A stretch of 64,000 nt of DNA from Burkholderiaceae bacterium (GTDB taxonomy: Bacteria > Pseudomonadota > Gammaproteobacteria > Burkholderiales > Burkholderiaceae_F): contig DAITAC010000001.1 of NCBI GenBank assembly GCA_036824465.1, positions 31,704 to 95,703 of the forward strand. The letters run 5' to 3'. How positions within the stretch are numbered: position 1 is the stretch's first letter; each line of letters starts with the position of its first letter. This document shows positions 53,408-63,930 of the stretch, in pieces. Both the position numbers and the translations under genes were made by a program. Under the pieces are notes generated by a model. That model had not been told where the DNA came from. It ran no database searches and saw only the letters and a list, made by a program, of their open reading frames with translations.

Positions 53408-54310
53408 ATGAGCGCAGTCGCGCTGTTTTCGCACGCGGTGCGTGACACCGGCCGATTACTGCGTCGGCGCTTTGCGACGTTCACGCTGGCGGTGCTGTTG
53501 TGCACGTCCGCGCTCACACTGCCTTTGCTGGCGGTGACGATCGGGTACGGTCTGATGCCGCTGGCCAGTCGCATCCCGATCACTCCGGAACTCAGCGTCT
53601 TTGCTTCGCTGTCGGCGAGCAATCAGGACATCAGTGCACTCAAGGCGGAGCTCGAAGGCGCTCCTGGCGTCGAGCGCGTTCAGTGGATCACGCGCGATCA
53701 ATCGCTGGCGGAGCTGGTGCGTCGCGCCGGAGGTGCGTCGCCCCTTGCAGAGATCAAACCCAACCCGCTTCCAGATACGCTGATCGTGACCTTTGGGCGC
53801 GGCATCACGGCCGACGAGCTTGAGTCGGCGGCGACCCTATTCCGCAAACTGCCCAGGGTTGACGGTGTGCACGCTGACAGCAGCTGGTATCGCAAGGCCG
53901 TCGGACTGGGCCGTGTCTTCGCGCGCGTTGGGTTGTTCGTCGGCGTCTTGACAATCGGTCTCTTTGCGTTAGTGGTGATGGGAGCGGTCCGACTGGTCGC
54001 GATGACCGACCGCGATGAACTCAGGCTCCTGCGCCTGATCGGCGCTGACGATCGTCACATCGCCCGGCCGTATGCCTACGCGGGCGGGATCGCACTGCTT
54101 GTTGCCAGCGCGCTCTCGGTGGCAACCGTTGCCGCCCTGCTCTATACGTTGGGCCCGGATCTGCGCTGGCTCGAACAGGTTCTGGGCATGTCGATCAGTC
54201 TCGCAATGCTTCCCTGGCCGGCGTTGGCGGGGTTGGCGGTGGTGGCTCTTGCAGTTGGGATGCTCGGTGGTTCGATTGGGATTCGAAGCGCGATGCGACG
54301 CGTTACTTAG
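53408..54310 (+). CDS. ftsX: cell division permease-like protein FtsX
   Basis: N-terminal TM, periplasmic domain, then three C-terminal TMs (FtsX-like permease). Position after ftsE. ATG 53408 chosen; the in-frame TTG at 53342 is possible. Confidence 0.85.
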   Translation: MSAVALFSHAVRDTGRLLRRRFATFTLAVLLCTSALTLPLLAVTIGYGLMPLASRIPITPELSVFASLSASNQDISALKAELEGAPGVERVQWITRDQSLAELVRRAGGASPLAEIKPNPLPDTLIVTFGRGITADELESAATLFRKLPRVDGVHADSSWYRKAVGLGRVFARVGLFVGVLTIGLFALVVMGAVRLVAMTDRDELRLLRLIGADDRHIARPYAYAGGIALLVASALSVATVAALLYTLGPDLRWLEQVLGMSISLAMLPWPALAGLAVVALAVGMLGGSIGIRSAMRRVT

Positions 54311-54426
54311 CGACCGCGCCTCGCATCCAGATGCCTCAGTCAGTGAGCGCTTCCTGTCTTGTATCTCCCTATTGGCCATAGGGAAAACGGCGATTGAACC
54401 ATTCCTGCCGGCCCGACTCTATCGGC

Positions 54427-54451
54427 TAGCACTCTCGTAGTTGGAGTGCTA
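54427..54451 (+). promoter_or_regulatory. perfect 8-bp stem hairpin in the putative rpoH leader
   Basis: TAGCACTC-tcgtagttg-GAGTGCTA, ending 10 nt before the first ATG of rpoH. A possible sigma-70-like -35 TTGAAC (54394-54399) with a weak -10 TCTATC lies upstream. Confidence 0.4.
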
Positions 54452-54461
54452 ACATAAATCC

Positions 54462-55373
<912 letters not shown>

Positions 55374-55457
55374 GCGGCACAGAAGTCTTCTGACGGTTGG
55401 TTGGCTCGACAGATCCGCCTCTCCTCCTCCCCCTCTCCTCCGAAGAGGCGGATTCTG

Positions 55458-55484
55458 GACCCCGCTACGGCGGGGTCTTTTTTT
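55458..55484 (+). terminator. rho-independent terminator of rpoH
   Basis: GACCCCGC-tacg-GCGGGGTC followed by seven T residues. Confidence 0.85.
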
Positions 55485-55524
55485 GCCTCTATGCGGCTCA
55501 TTGCCTTGGGTAAGCTGCACCACC

Positions 55525-56160
55525 ATGAAAGGCGCTGGGTTCATTGACTTGTCGGTCCAGGCAGCCGTGTGCAACGCAGCGGGCTCACAACGGTCAACCG
55601 CGCGTCGCCTCTGGACATCTCGGCTTATGCCCAGCCGGGCACTTCTCGAAGTGTCGCAGTCCATCACCAATCGCTGCCCGGCAATGCCCGGGCGTGTGCA
55701 CTCTCTGGGCGAATTTGCCGACGGAGCATCGCATCGGTTGCTCGCGGCAAGACTGCCGGCGGACTGCGCTCTGCGCCTGCGCGAGCGCTTCGAGTGGTAC
55801 ACATGCCGCGGCGCCGGGTTCCACAATGACGCCCACTATGCGGACGTTCTGTTCGGCGCCTGGTGCATCGCCGGCCCACCGCGCGAGATCGTATTTCCGC
55901 GCGCGATGAGGCGCGTGCCCGCGGAGATCGGCGACGTGGTGATCTTCGATCCGTTCGAGCCGCACGCGGTTCTCGACCCGGGACAGGACCGCTACGCCCG
56001 CGAACGCTACGAGGGCGCAACGCCGAGCCTGTTCATCGGCTTCGAAATTGAACTTGACGCTGCGGCCATTCAGGCATTCGGCATCGATCAGGCGCCCTCG
56101 ACCGGCGCGAATCTTTCAAGCTCAGTGCCAATCAACGCCGAAACCGGAGCATTGCCCTGA
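55525..56160 (+). CDS. hypothetical protein (possible cupin / Fe(II) oxygenase-like HxD...H motif)
   Basis: The ORF-track start at 55240 overlaps rpoH and its terminator. The first ATG after the terminator is 55525. Contains GFHNDAHY ... FDPFEPHAV. The start is uncertain because there is no clear RBS. Confidence 0.45.
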   Translation: MKGAGFIDLSVQAAVCNAAGSQRSTARRLWTSRLMPSRALLEVSQSITNRCPAMPGRVHSLGEFADGASHRLLAARLPADCALRLRERFEWYTCRGAGFHNDAHYADVLFGAWCIAGPPREIVFPRAMRRVPAEIGDVVIFDPFEPHAVLDPGQDRYARERYEGATPSLFIGFEIELDAAAIQAFGIDQAPSTGANLSSSVPINAETGALP

Positions 56161-56230
56161 ACGACGAGCCGCTCGCAGCGGCAGTTCGCCATTCCCTGCA
56201 AGTTTCGCAACGCACGAAGTCGACCCGGGC

Positions 56231-56794
56231 TTAGAGCAATTTCTTGAGATCGGCAACGATCGGATCGGTGCCGCTACCATGCTTCAGGAAGAGCCGCAGG
56301 CGGCCCTCCTTGTCGAACACGAAGGTGCCAGCGGTGTGATCGATCGTGTAGGACGTCGGTGTCTTTCCCGGAGACTTCTGGTAGAAGACCTTGAATTCCT
56401 TTGCGGTCCTGGCAATCTCCTCGCCGGTGCCATAGAGACCAACGAATGTCGGATCGAAGCCCGGCACGTATTGCTTGAGTACCTCTGGCGTGTCGCGCTC
56501 GGGATCGACCGTGATAAACAGCACCTGGAGCTTGTCACCGTCGGTACCCAGCTTCTTGCGCACCTGCGCCATGTCGGCGAGGGTGGTGGGACAGACATCT
56601 GGGCACTGAGTGAAGCCAAAGAAGACAGCGACGACCTTGCCTCGATAGTCCGCAAGAGTGCGCCGTGCGCCAGTGTGATCGGTCAGTTCGAATTCGCGTG
56701 CGTAGTCCGCACCGGTCACGTCGACGTTGTTGAACGTTGGCGGCGAACATGCGACCAGCAGGGCGCAGGTCAGGAGGAAGACGAAACGGAACAC
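56231..56794 (-). CDS. SCO family (Sco1/SenC) copper chaperone
   Basis: FGFTQCPDVCPTT CxxxC motif in a thioredoxin fold, N-terminal lipoprotein-like signal LTCALLVAC. Confidence 0.9.
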   Translation of the reverse strand: MFRFVFLLTCALLVACSPPTFNNVDVTGADYAREFELTDHTGARRTLADYRGKVVAVFFGFTQCPDVCPTTLADMAQVRKKLGTDGDKLQVLFITVDPERDTPEVLKQYVPGFDPTFVGLYGTGEEIARTAKEFKVFYQKSPGKTPTSYTIDHTAGTFVFDKEGRLRLFLKHGSGTDPIVADLKKLL

Positions 56795-56828
56795 GACCGG
56801 GCAATCCGCGAGCGCACCGCCGCCAGCA

Positions 56829-57728
56829 TCAACCGACGTACTTGTCGATCAGCAGCGCGGCAAACAGAGCTGCCAGGTACACGATCGAATAGTTGAACGT
56901 CGCACGCGCCAGGCGATCGCTGTAGTCGCGCAGCAAGCGCCACGCATAAGCAAGGAAGAATGCGCCAAGTGCCAGCGCCAGCACAAGGTACAGAATGCCA
57001 GCCATCTGAATCACGAACGGCAAGGTGGTGACAGCGACCAGGATGATCGTGTAAAGGAAGATGTGCAGGCGAGTCAGCTCTGAGCCATGCGTGACCGGCA
57101 GCATCGGCAGGCCTGACTCACGATAATCGTCGAGGCGGTACAAGGCGAGTGCCCAGAAATGGGGTGGTGTCCAGACGAAGATGATCAGCGCGAGCACCCA
57201 TGCCTCCGCCGGCGCTGCATTCGTCACCGCCGCCCAGCCGAGAACCGGCGGCATCGCGCCGCTCATACCACCGATCACGATATTCTGCGGCGTATACGGC
57301 TTTAGTAATACGGTGTAGATCACCGCGTAGCCGACGAAGGTCGCAAACGTGAGCCACATCGTCAGCGCATTGACCTGCGTGTGGAGCAACCACATGCCAG
57401 CGCCGCCGATCACGCCCGAAAAGGCAAGTGCCTGTGCCGGCGTGATTTGTCCCCGGGCCAACGGCCGCATCCGCGTGCGCATCATGCGTGCGTCGATATG
57501 GCGCTCGATGATCGAATTGACGGCGAAAGCCGCGCCGGCCAGCAGCCAGATCCCAAGTGTGGCCTTCAGGATCACGGCGATGGAAGGCAGTTCCGGTGTC
57601 GACAGAAACATGCCGATCACCGCGCAAAACAGCGCCAATTGCGTCACTCGCGGCTTGGTCAGCAGCCAGTACTGTCGCGCATATTGCGCAAGCGGGGTGA
57701 CGCTGGCGTTGGTCGTAGAGGAATGCAT
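56829..57728 (-). CDS. cyoE: protoheme IX farnesyltransferase (heme O synthase)
   Basis: Polytopic UbiA-family prenyltransferase (…[20 protein letters not shown]…). Position next to ctaA and SCO. Confidence 0.92.
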   Translation of the reverse strand: MHSSTTNASVTPLAQYARQYWLLTKPRVTQLALFCAVIGMFLSTPELPSIAVILKATLGIWLLAGAAFAVNSIIERHIDARMMRTRMRPLARGQITPAQALAFSGVIGGAGMWLLHTQVNALTMWLTFATFVGYAVIYTVLLKPYTPQNIVIGGMSGAMPPVLGWAAVTNAAPAEAWVLALIIFVWTPPHFWALALYRLDDYRESGLPMLPVTHGSELTRLHIFLYTIILVAVTTLPFVIQMAGILYLVLALALGAFFLAYAWRLLRDYSDRLARATFNYSIVYLAALFAALLIDKYVG

Positions 57729-57775
57729 CGGTGAAGAATCAAGTCGGTGGGGAAGTCTCTGCGAAACCGCGAATC

Positions 57776-58876
57776 TTACCTGCTCGTGAAATACATGGTC
57801 CGCCCCGCCGACGCGATTCGGAACAGGATCACGACCATGATCGCGACCAATAGCGCGGCGCCGCCGTTATGCGCAACGGCCAACGGCAGCGGCCACTGCA
57901 GCACGACATTCGAAAGGCCGGTCAGGAGTTGCACGGCCAGGAGCAGCGCAAGCCAGCCAACTGCGTGACGCAGGCCATGAACGTGTCTCGCACGCCATGC
58001 GAGCGCAACCAGCACGGCAAAGACCACCACCGCAAACGCACGGTGCGACCAGTGAATGGCGACCAGGGACTGAAACGAGATGGGCGTTCCGTCGCCGGTC
58101 ATTCCAAGGTCACGCCAAAGCGTGAATCCCTGCGAAAAATCCGCGTCGGGCAGAAGCCGTCCCTGACAAAGAGGGAAGTCGGAGCACGCCAGCACCGCGT
58201 AATTGGCGCTGACCCAGCCGCCGAGTGCGATCTGAATCATCAGCAGGGCCAACCCAACGACCGCATGGTTGCACAGCTGCCGCGCGCGTCGATCGATCGT
58301 GCGGACGGGGCTCTCACACAACGCGAGCCAGGTCAGCAGCGCCAGCAGTGTGATACCGCCCAGCAGATGCGCAGTGACGATTGCGGGCTGCAGTTTCATC
58401 GTCACCGTCCAGGCGCCGAATGCGCCCTGCAGGCAAACAGTCAAGAAGGTCACCGTGGCCAGCCATGGAGAAGAATCCGGTCGACCACGGCTCCAGCGCG
58501 CCCACGACAAGGCCGTCAGGACGATGATCAGAAGTCCAACTGCCATCGCAAAATACCGATGCAGCATTTCGATCCAGGCCTTGGTCACCGTCACCGGACC
58601 GGTCGGTTGTGCGGTCTGCGCGGCTCGGATCGGCTCGCCTGCCGACAGAGGATTTGAGTGGCCGTAGCAGCCGGGCCAGTCGGGACAGCCGAGCCCCGAA
58701 TCCGTCAGCCGGGTGAAACTGCCGAACATCACGAGGTCAAGGGTCAGAAATGCAGTCACCCATGCCAGCTTCTGGAACTTGTCGGGAGCGCGCGAGCGCC
58801 AGACGTAAACGAGCGGCAGTGTTGCGATCGCAATCGCCTTGACTGCCAGCCAAAGCAGCGTGTCGCCCTGAATCAT
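57776..58876 (-). CDS. ctaA: COX15/CtaA family heme A synthase
   Basis: 8-TM protein with conserved His-containing helices ([25 protein letters not shown]). Confidence 0.88.
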   Translation of the reverse strand: MIQGDTLLWLAVKAIAIATLPLVYVWRSRAPDKFQKLAWVTAFLTLDLVMFGSFTRLTDSGLGCPDWPGCYGHSNPLSAGEPIRAAQTAQPTGPVTVTKAWIEMLHRYFAMAVGLLIIVLTALSWARWSRGRPDSSPWLATVTFLTVCLQGAFGAWTVTMKLQPAIVTAHLLGGITLLALLTWLALCESPVRTIDRRARQLCNHAVVGLALLMIQIALGGWVSANYAVLACSDFPLCQGRLLPDADFSQGFTLWRDLGMTGDGTPISFQSLVAIHWSHRAFAVVVFAVLVALAWRARHVHGLRHAVGWLALLLAVQLLTGLSNVVLQWPLPLAVAHNGGAALLVAIMVVILFRIASAGRTMYFTSR

Positions 58877-59496
58877 CAGCCGATCCGCGAGGCCTTCAGC
58901 AACTTGGACAGATCGCGCTTCATTCGATTGGGATCCGCTTCCTTCGGCCAGCGCAGCATCAGATTGCCGATTGGATCAATCAGCCAGATGTGATCCGAGA
59001 TCTGGCTGCCGGCGTCGGCAGGCAGCGCCAGAAAGGTTCTGAGTTCAGCCGCATCGGCGCGCAGCAAGCGTGTACCTTCGTATTCGCGCATCACGATCGT
59101 CGGCAGGGGTGCGGCGTCGCTGATCAACCATACCCGTTCAACGCGGTCGGCATCCTTGCCAGTCGTCAATCTCACCTGGCGCATCTGCCACAACTTGCGC
59201 TGGCATACCGCACCGCAATCGCCGCCGTCGACCTGCACCATCAACCACTGTCCGCGTAAAGAGGCAGGATCCACAGAGCGACCGTCCAGCTCACGCAGCG
59301 CCAGCCTTGGCAGTGGACGCTGCGGCGCGATGAGATCACCGTAATTCGTTCGTCCCGCCGGCGGAAGGTAGTAGTACGCGACATATGACGCGATCACTGG
59401 CGCCACGCACACAGCGATCACAAGATACAACGTACGAAAGCGCTTCCAGTGCGATGCCGGGGCGGTTTTCAACGAGGTGGCACTCACGATTTCCAA
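58876..59496 (-). CDS. membrane-anchored hypothetical protein of the cox assembly cluster (thioredoxin/SCO-like, CxxxC)
   Basis: One N-terminal TM (LYLVIAVCVAPVIASYVAYYY) and a periplasmic domain with GGDCGAVC. Start/stop junction shared with ctaA. Confidence 0.55.
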   Translation of the reverse strand: MEIVSATSLKTAPASHWKRFRTLYLVIAVCVAPVIASYVAYYYLPPAGRTNYGDLIAPQRPLPRLALRELDGRSVDPASLRGQWLMVQVDGGDCGAVCQRKLWQMRQVRLTTGKDADRVERVWLISDAAPLPTIVMREYEGTRLLRADAAELRTFLALPADAGSQISDHIWLIDPIGNLMLRWPKEADPNRMKRDLSKLLKASRIG

Positions 59497-59499
59497 GCG

Positions 59500-60216
59500 T
59501 CAATGCAGGTTGCGCCAGCCGCGCCAACCGAAGAAAAGGGTTAACACCGCAATCAGAGCCGAGAGCGAATACCACTGAAGAGCATAGCCGCGGTGCTTTT
59601 CAATGCCCAGGTCGGGCGCCGGCCAATCCCGCTCCAGCGTGTCGTCGGTACGCGATGTCTGCTGGACGACAAAGCGTGCGACCCTCAGCCCGCTGGCGTG
59701 CTCGAATGCATCGAAGTCGAGATTCTGCCAAACGAGCGGCCAGTGTTTTGGCTCAAGCTTATCGCCCAGTTCAAGCAGCCGCGGCAACTGGGTTAGCGCG
59801 AGCCCCTCGATCGAGACCGGCCCAGCAGGCTGACCAATGTCGGGTAACCGCAGGCGGTCCTGCGGGTTGCGCGCGACCCAGCCGCGATTTACGAGCACAG
59901 CACGGCCCGCCTCGATCTGTAACGGAGTTACCACGAAAAAACCGGCGCGCCCGTTGCTGGTCCGATTATCAAGCCAGACGCTGTAGCGATGCTGGAATCG
60001 CCCCGTCAGGCGGACCAGGACCGGTACGCGCGCCGGCACCTCGTCAACCGTTGACGCGGTAACCGGAATCGGCGTCGCGCGTTGCGCAGAATCCCATTGC
60101 GCCTGCAATGCGAGCTTGTAGTGCGCACGCCGCGACTGCCAGTTGCCGAGCGACAACGTCAAGGCGAATCCCAGCAACCCGAGGATCACGGCGAGCAACA
60201 CGCGGCCACGCTTCAC
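59500..60216 (-). CDS. SURF1 family cytochrome oxidase assembly protein
   Basis: LGNWQSRRAHYK ... GYALQWYSLSALIAVL, a two-TM SURF1 architecture. Start set to GTG 60216 because the ORF-track extension runs across the divergent small gene. Confidence 0.82.
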   Translation of the reverse strand: MKRGRVLLAVILGLLGFALTLSLGNWQSRRAHYKLALQAQWDSAQRATPIPVTASTVDEVPARVPVLVRLTGRFQHRYSVWLDNRTSNGRAGFFVVTPLQIEAGRAVLVNRGWVARNPQDRLRLPDIGQPAGPVSIEGLALTQLPRLLELGDKLEPKHWPLVWQNLDFDAFEHASGLRVARFVVQQTSRTDDTLERDWPAPDLGIEKHRGYALQWYSLSALIAVLTLFFGWRGWRNLH

Positions 60217-60270
60217 ACCATCGCCCTGCTGATGCAATGGGATAATGGCCTCGCCTGCCGCCGGTATCCC

Positions 60271-60468
60271 ATGAAGATCTTCATTGTTGTCGCGTTCGTC
60301 GCCATCCTCGGCGCGCTGGGTACCGCGTTGCTTTTCCTGATGAAAGACAAGGGACACGGAACGCGCACGCTCAACGCGCTGCGCCTGCGCGTCGGACTGT
60401 CGATTGCCCTGCTGCTGCTCATCTGGTTCAGCTGGTACATGGGCTGGATCAGCCCCCGCTCATACTAA
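60271..60468 (+). CDS. twin-transmembrane-helix small protein (HIG1/DUF2909-like)
   Basis: 65 aa with two hydrophobic helices (IFIVVAFVAILGALGTALLFL, LSIALLLLIWFSWYMGWI). Occupies the position divergent from SURF1 that such genes hold in betaproteobacterial cox clusters (from memory). Confidence 0.6.
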   Translation: MKIFIVVAFVAILGALGTALLFLMKDKGHGTRTLNALRLRVGLSIALLLLIWFSWYMGWISPRSY

Positions 60469-60648
60469 TCGCGCCGCCATCGATCGGTGTCCGGCACACG
60501 GCCGGCCGGATTCGGCCAACCGCCTGATATGCAATGGAGTGGCGGGCAATTACTCTTCTTTTAACCATATCAGCACAAGCGGTTTGTCAACTACTCTGGG
60601 TTCATCGCGTTTGCTTCGTTGTCGGCCCAAGGGGCTAAGGAGGTCAGA

Positions 60649-62601
60649 ATGAACGCGCCCACAGAACTGTTTACAGCGTTCCGCGAATCCTTTGTCCGCG
60701 CACTGGACGAAGAGATGGGGCTGGAAGACTTCCTGCACTACTGCAAGAGCGATCGAATGGCGTACGCGAGCGCGCACGAATGCGTGCTCGAAGCGATCGG
60801 CAAGCCCAGGCTCGTCAACACCGCCGATGACGCCCGCCTTTCGCGCATTTTCCAGAACCGCGTCATTCAGACCTGGGACGCGTTTGCTGATTTCCACGGC
60901 ATGGAAGAGACGCTGATGTCGCTGTATGCGTACTTTCTGCACGCCGCGCAGGGGCTGGAGGAGCGCAAGCAGGTGCTGTATCTGCTCGGTCCGGTCGGAG
61001 GTGGCAAGTCGTCGCTGGCAGAAAAGATCAAGTCGCTCTGCGAACAGTTTCCCATCTACACCCTGAAGGATTCGGTGTCGGGCCGGCTGTCGCCCATGCT
61101 GGAATCGCCGCTGGGACTCTTTCCCCGTGACCGGTTCGGTGCCCAGATGGAGGACCGGTACGGCATTCCGCGCCGCGCGCTGACCGGCATCGCCAGCCCG
61201 TGGGCGCTGAAGCGCCTGAAGGAATTCAAGGGCGATCTGTCCAAGTTCCACGTCGTGCGCGTCATGCCGTCGGTTCTGAACCAGATCGGCATCGTCAAGA
61301 CCGAGCCGGGCGACGAGAACACGCAGGACATTTCGTCGCTGGTCGGCAAGGTCGATCTGCGCATGCTGGAGCAGTTCGCGCAGGACGACCCGGACGCCTA
61401 CAGCTACTCGGGCGCGCTGTGCCTGGGTTCGGCGCGCTGCGTCGAATTCGTCGAGATGTTCAAGGCGCCGCTGAAGGTGCTGAACCCGATCCTGACCGCT
61501 ACCCAGGAAGGCAACTTCAAGGGTACCGAAGCGCTGCCCGCGCTGCCGTTCACCGGTTTCATCATGGCGCACTCGAACGAGGCCGAGTGGCTGAAGTTCC
61601 GCAACAACAAGGACAACGAGGCATTCATCGACCGCGTGTATCTGGTCAAGGTGCCGTACTGCCTGCGCGTGGACGAAGAAGTGCGCATCTACGACAAGAT
61701 GCTGAAAGCCTCGACGCTGTCCGAGGCTCCGTGCGCGCCGCAGACGCTGCGCACGCTGGCCGAGTTCTCCGTGCTGTCGCGGCTGGCAGTTCCGGAAAAC
61801 TCATCCGTATTCAGCAAACTGCGTTCGTACAACGGCGAGACCCTGAAGGACGTCGATCCGCGCAGCAAGAGCGTCAAGGAATACCGCGACGACGCCGGCA
61901 TGCAGGAGGGCTTTACAGGACTTTCGACGCGCTGGGCTTTCAAGACCATCTCGGCCGCATTCAATCGTGACCCGAGTGAGATCGCCGCCGACCCCGTCAA
62001 TCTGCTGGTCGTTCTCGAGGATCGTCTGGCGAAGGAAGACATCCAGGAGGAATACAAGCGCCGCCTGCGCGGGCACATCAAGGAGTGGATCGTGCCGCGG
62101 TTCGCCGAGTTCCTCGAAAAGGAACTGCAGATGTCGTACCTGGATGCGTACGGCGAGTACGGCCAGAACCTGTTCGATCGCTACGTCACCTATGCGGACA
62201 AGTGGCTGCTCGACGAAGACTGGCGCGATCCAGACACTGGCATGCAGTATTCGCGCGAGGCGCTGAACACCGAACTGGAGAAGATCGAGAAGCCGGCCGG
62301 GATTTCGAACCCGAAGGACTTCCGCAACGAGGTGGTCAACTTCGTGCTGCGCGCGCGCGCCCACGGCAAGAACCCGCACTGGACCAGCTACGAGAAACTG
62401 CGCGTGGTGATCGAGAAGCGCATGTTCAGCAAGACCGAGGACATCCTGCCAATCATTTCGTTCGAAGCCAAGGGCTCGCAGGAGATGGAAGAGCGCCACA
62501 AGAGCTTCGTCAACCGCATGGTGGCGCGCGGCTACACCGAAAAGCAGGTGCGGCGCCTCGTCGACTGGTACATGCACTTCAAGAAGTCGACTCAGTCGTG
62601 A
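60649..62601 (+). CDS. prkA: PrkA family serine protein kinase (YeaG-like)
   Basis: 650 aa from ATG 60649, preceded by AAGGAGG. Walker A LLGPVGGGKSSLAEKIK. Size and architecture match E. coli YeaG. Confidence 0.92.
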   Translation: MNAPTELFTAFRESFVRALDEEMGLEDFLHYCKSDRMAYASAHECVLEAIGKPRLVNTADDARLSRIFQNRVIQTWDAFADFHGMEETLMSLYAYFLHAAQGLEERKQVLYLLGPVGGGKSSLAEKIKSLCEQFPIYTLKDSVSGRLSPMLESPLGLFPRDRFGAQMEDRYGIPRRALTGIASPWALKRLKEFKGDLSKFHVVRVMPSVLNQIGIVKTEPGDENTQDISSLVGKVDLRMLEQFAQDDPDAYSYSGALCLGSARCVEFVEMFKAPLKVLNPILTATQEGNFKGTEALPALPFTGFIMAHSNEAEWLKFRNNKDNEAFIDRVYLVKVPYCLRVDEEVRIYDKMLKASTLSEAPCAPQTLRTLAEFSVLSRLAVPENSSVFSKLRSYNGETLKDVDPRSKSVKEYRDDAGMQEGFTGLSTRWAFKTISAAFNRDPSEIAADPVNLLVVLEDRLAKEDIQEEYKRRLRGHIKEWIVPRFAEFLEKELQMSYLDAYGEYGQNLFDRYVTYADKWLLDEDWRDPDTGMQYSREALNTELEKIEKPAGISNPKDFRNEVVNFVLRARAHGKNPHWTSYEKLRVVIEKRMFSKTEDILPIISFEAKGSQEMEERHKSFVNRMVARGYTEKQVRRLVDWYMHFKKSTQS

Positions 62602-62655
62602 TGACGTAGCCGCCGCGAGGACTCTGTGTCCGATTCCCCCGCTACGAGCCGCTAC

Positions 62656-63930
62656 ATGCGCGTTGTTGATCGACGCGCGGATCCACCGGGGCGCAGCGCA
62701 GTCAATCGCGAGCGCTTCATCCGCCGCTTCAAGGACGATATCAAGCGCGCGGTCGATGACGAGATCGGTAAACGCGGCATCGCCGACATCGGCAAGGGCG
62801 GCAAGATCTCGATCCCTGGGCGCGGGCTGAAAGAACCGTATCTGCATCACGACAACAAGACCGGCAGCCGCGACTTCGTGCTGCCGGGGAACCACGAGTA
62901 CGTACCGGGCGACACGATCGATCGACCCGAGGGCGGCGAAGGCGACGGCCAGGGCAACGAGCCGGGTGAAGGCGAGAGCCGCGACAACTTCGGCTTTGTG
63001 CTGTCGCGCGACGAATTCCTGCGGCTGTTCTTTGATGACCTGGAACTGCCGAATCTGGAGCGCACTCGGCTCGGCGATGTGACGTACGTGTACACGCGTC
63101 GCGCCGGCTTTTCCAGGGACGGCGTGCTGGCCAACCTTTCACCGGCGTTGACAATGCGCATGTCGATCGCGCGCCGCATCGCGTTGCGCGGCGGCATCGC
63201 ACGCCGTCTCGACGAATTGATGCAGGAGATCGACGAGATGGCGCCGCTCGACAGCGAGCGATGCGCCGAACTTGAGGAAGAAATCACGCAACTGCGCGCC
63301 CGGCGCGAACAGTTGCCGTTTCTGGAAGAGATCGACCGCCGTTTCCGGGCGCGTCAGCCAGTACCCGCGCCCGCGACGCGCGCGGTGATGCTGTGCCTGA
63401 TGGACGTTTCGGGCTCAATGGACGAGCGCAAGAAGGATCTCGCCAAGCGCTTCTTCGCGCTGCTTTACCTGTTCCTCGAACGCAAGTACGGCGCGGTCGA
63501 GGTCGTCTTCATCCGTCACACTGAGACCGCGCAGGAAGTCGACGAGAAGACTTTCTTCCATGACCCGCAGTCCGGAGGCACGCTGGTGATGCCGGCACTG
63601 CAACTGGCGCAGAAGGTGATCGATTCCCGCTTCGCCGGTCCCGACTGGAACATCTACATAGCGCAGGCCTCCGACGGCGATTGCGGTGACGAGGATGCGC
63701 AGCGCTGCGCCGGGTACCTGCAGGCCGAACTGCTGCCGCGTGTTCGATACTTCGCTTATGTCGACATTCCGTCGAGCAGTTCCGGCGGCTGGTTCAATCG
63801 GCCATCCGACCTGTGGCAGTGCTACGAGACGATCACCGATACAGGCTTCGCCAAGCGCAAAGTGCATGATCGGCGCGACATCTGGCCGGTGTTTCGTGAA
63901 CTATTCGCGCGCAAGGAGACGACTGCATGA
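62656..63930 (+). CDS. yeaH: YeaH/YhbH family protein (DUF444, vWA-like)
   Basis: MRVVDRRADP... N-terminus like YeaH. MIDAS-like LMDVSGSM. Follows prkA. A GTG at 62626 is an alternative start. Confidence 0.88.
   Translation: MRVVDRRADPPGRSAVNRERFIRRFKDDIKRAVDDEIGKRGIADIGKGGKISIPGRGLKEPYLHHDNKTGSRDFVLPGNHEYVPGDTIDRPEGGEGDGQGNEPGEGESRDNFGFVLSRDEFLRLFFDDLELPNLERTRLGDVTYVYTRRAGFSRDGVLANLSPALTMRMSIARRIALRGGIARRLDELMQEIDEMAPLDSERCAELEEEITQLRARREQLPFLEEIDRRFRARQPVPAPATRAVMLCLMDVSGSMDERKKDLAKRFFALLYLFLERKYGAVEVVFIRHTETAQEVDEKTFFHDPQSGGTLVMPALQLAQKVIDSRFAGPDWNIYIAQASDGDCGDEDAQRCAGYLQAELLPRVRYFAYVDIPSSSSGGWFNRPSDLWQCYETITDTGFAKRKVHDRRDIWPVFRELFARKETTA

Noticed and set aside
60580-60648. Sigma-54 promoter (TGGCAC-N5-TTGC) upstream of prkA; also a TGGCACTGCTCCTTGC element at about 42183.
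   Set aside because: For prkA, the GG and GC elements (CTGGGTTCATCGCGTTTGC) are about 3 nt too far apart. The 42183 element is one nt too long and lies inside a coding region.
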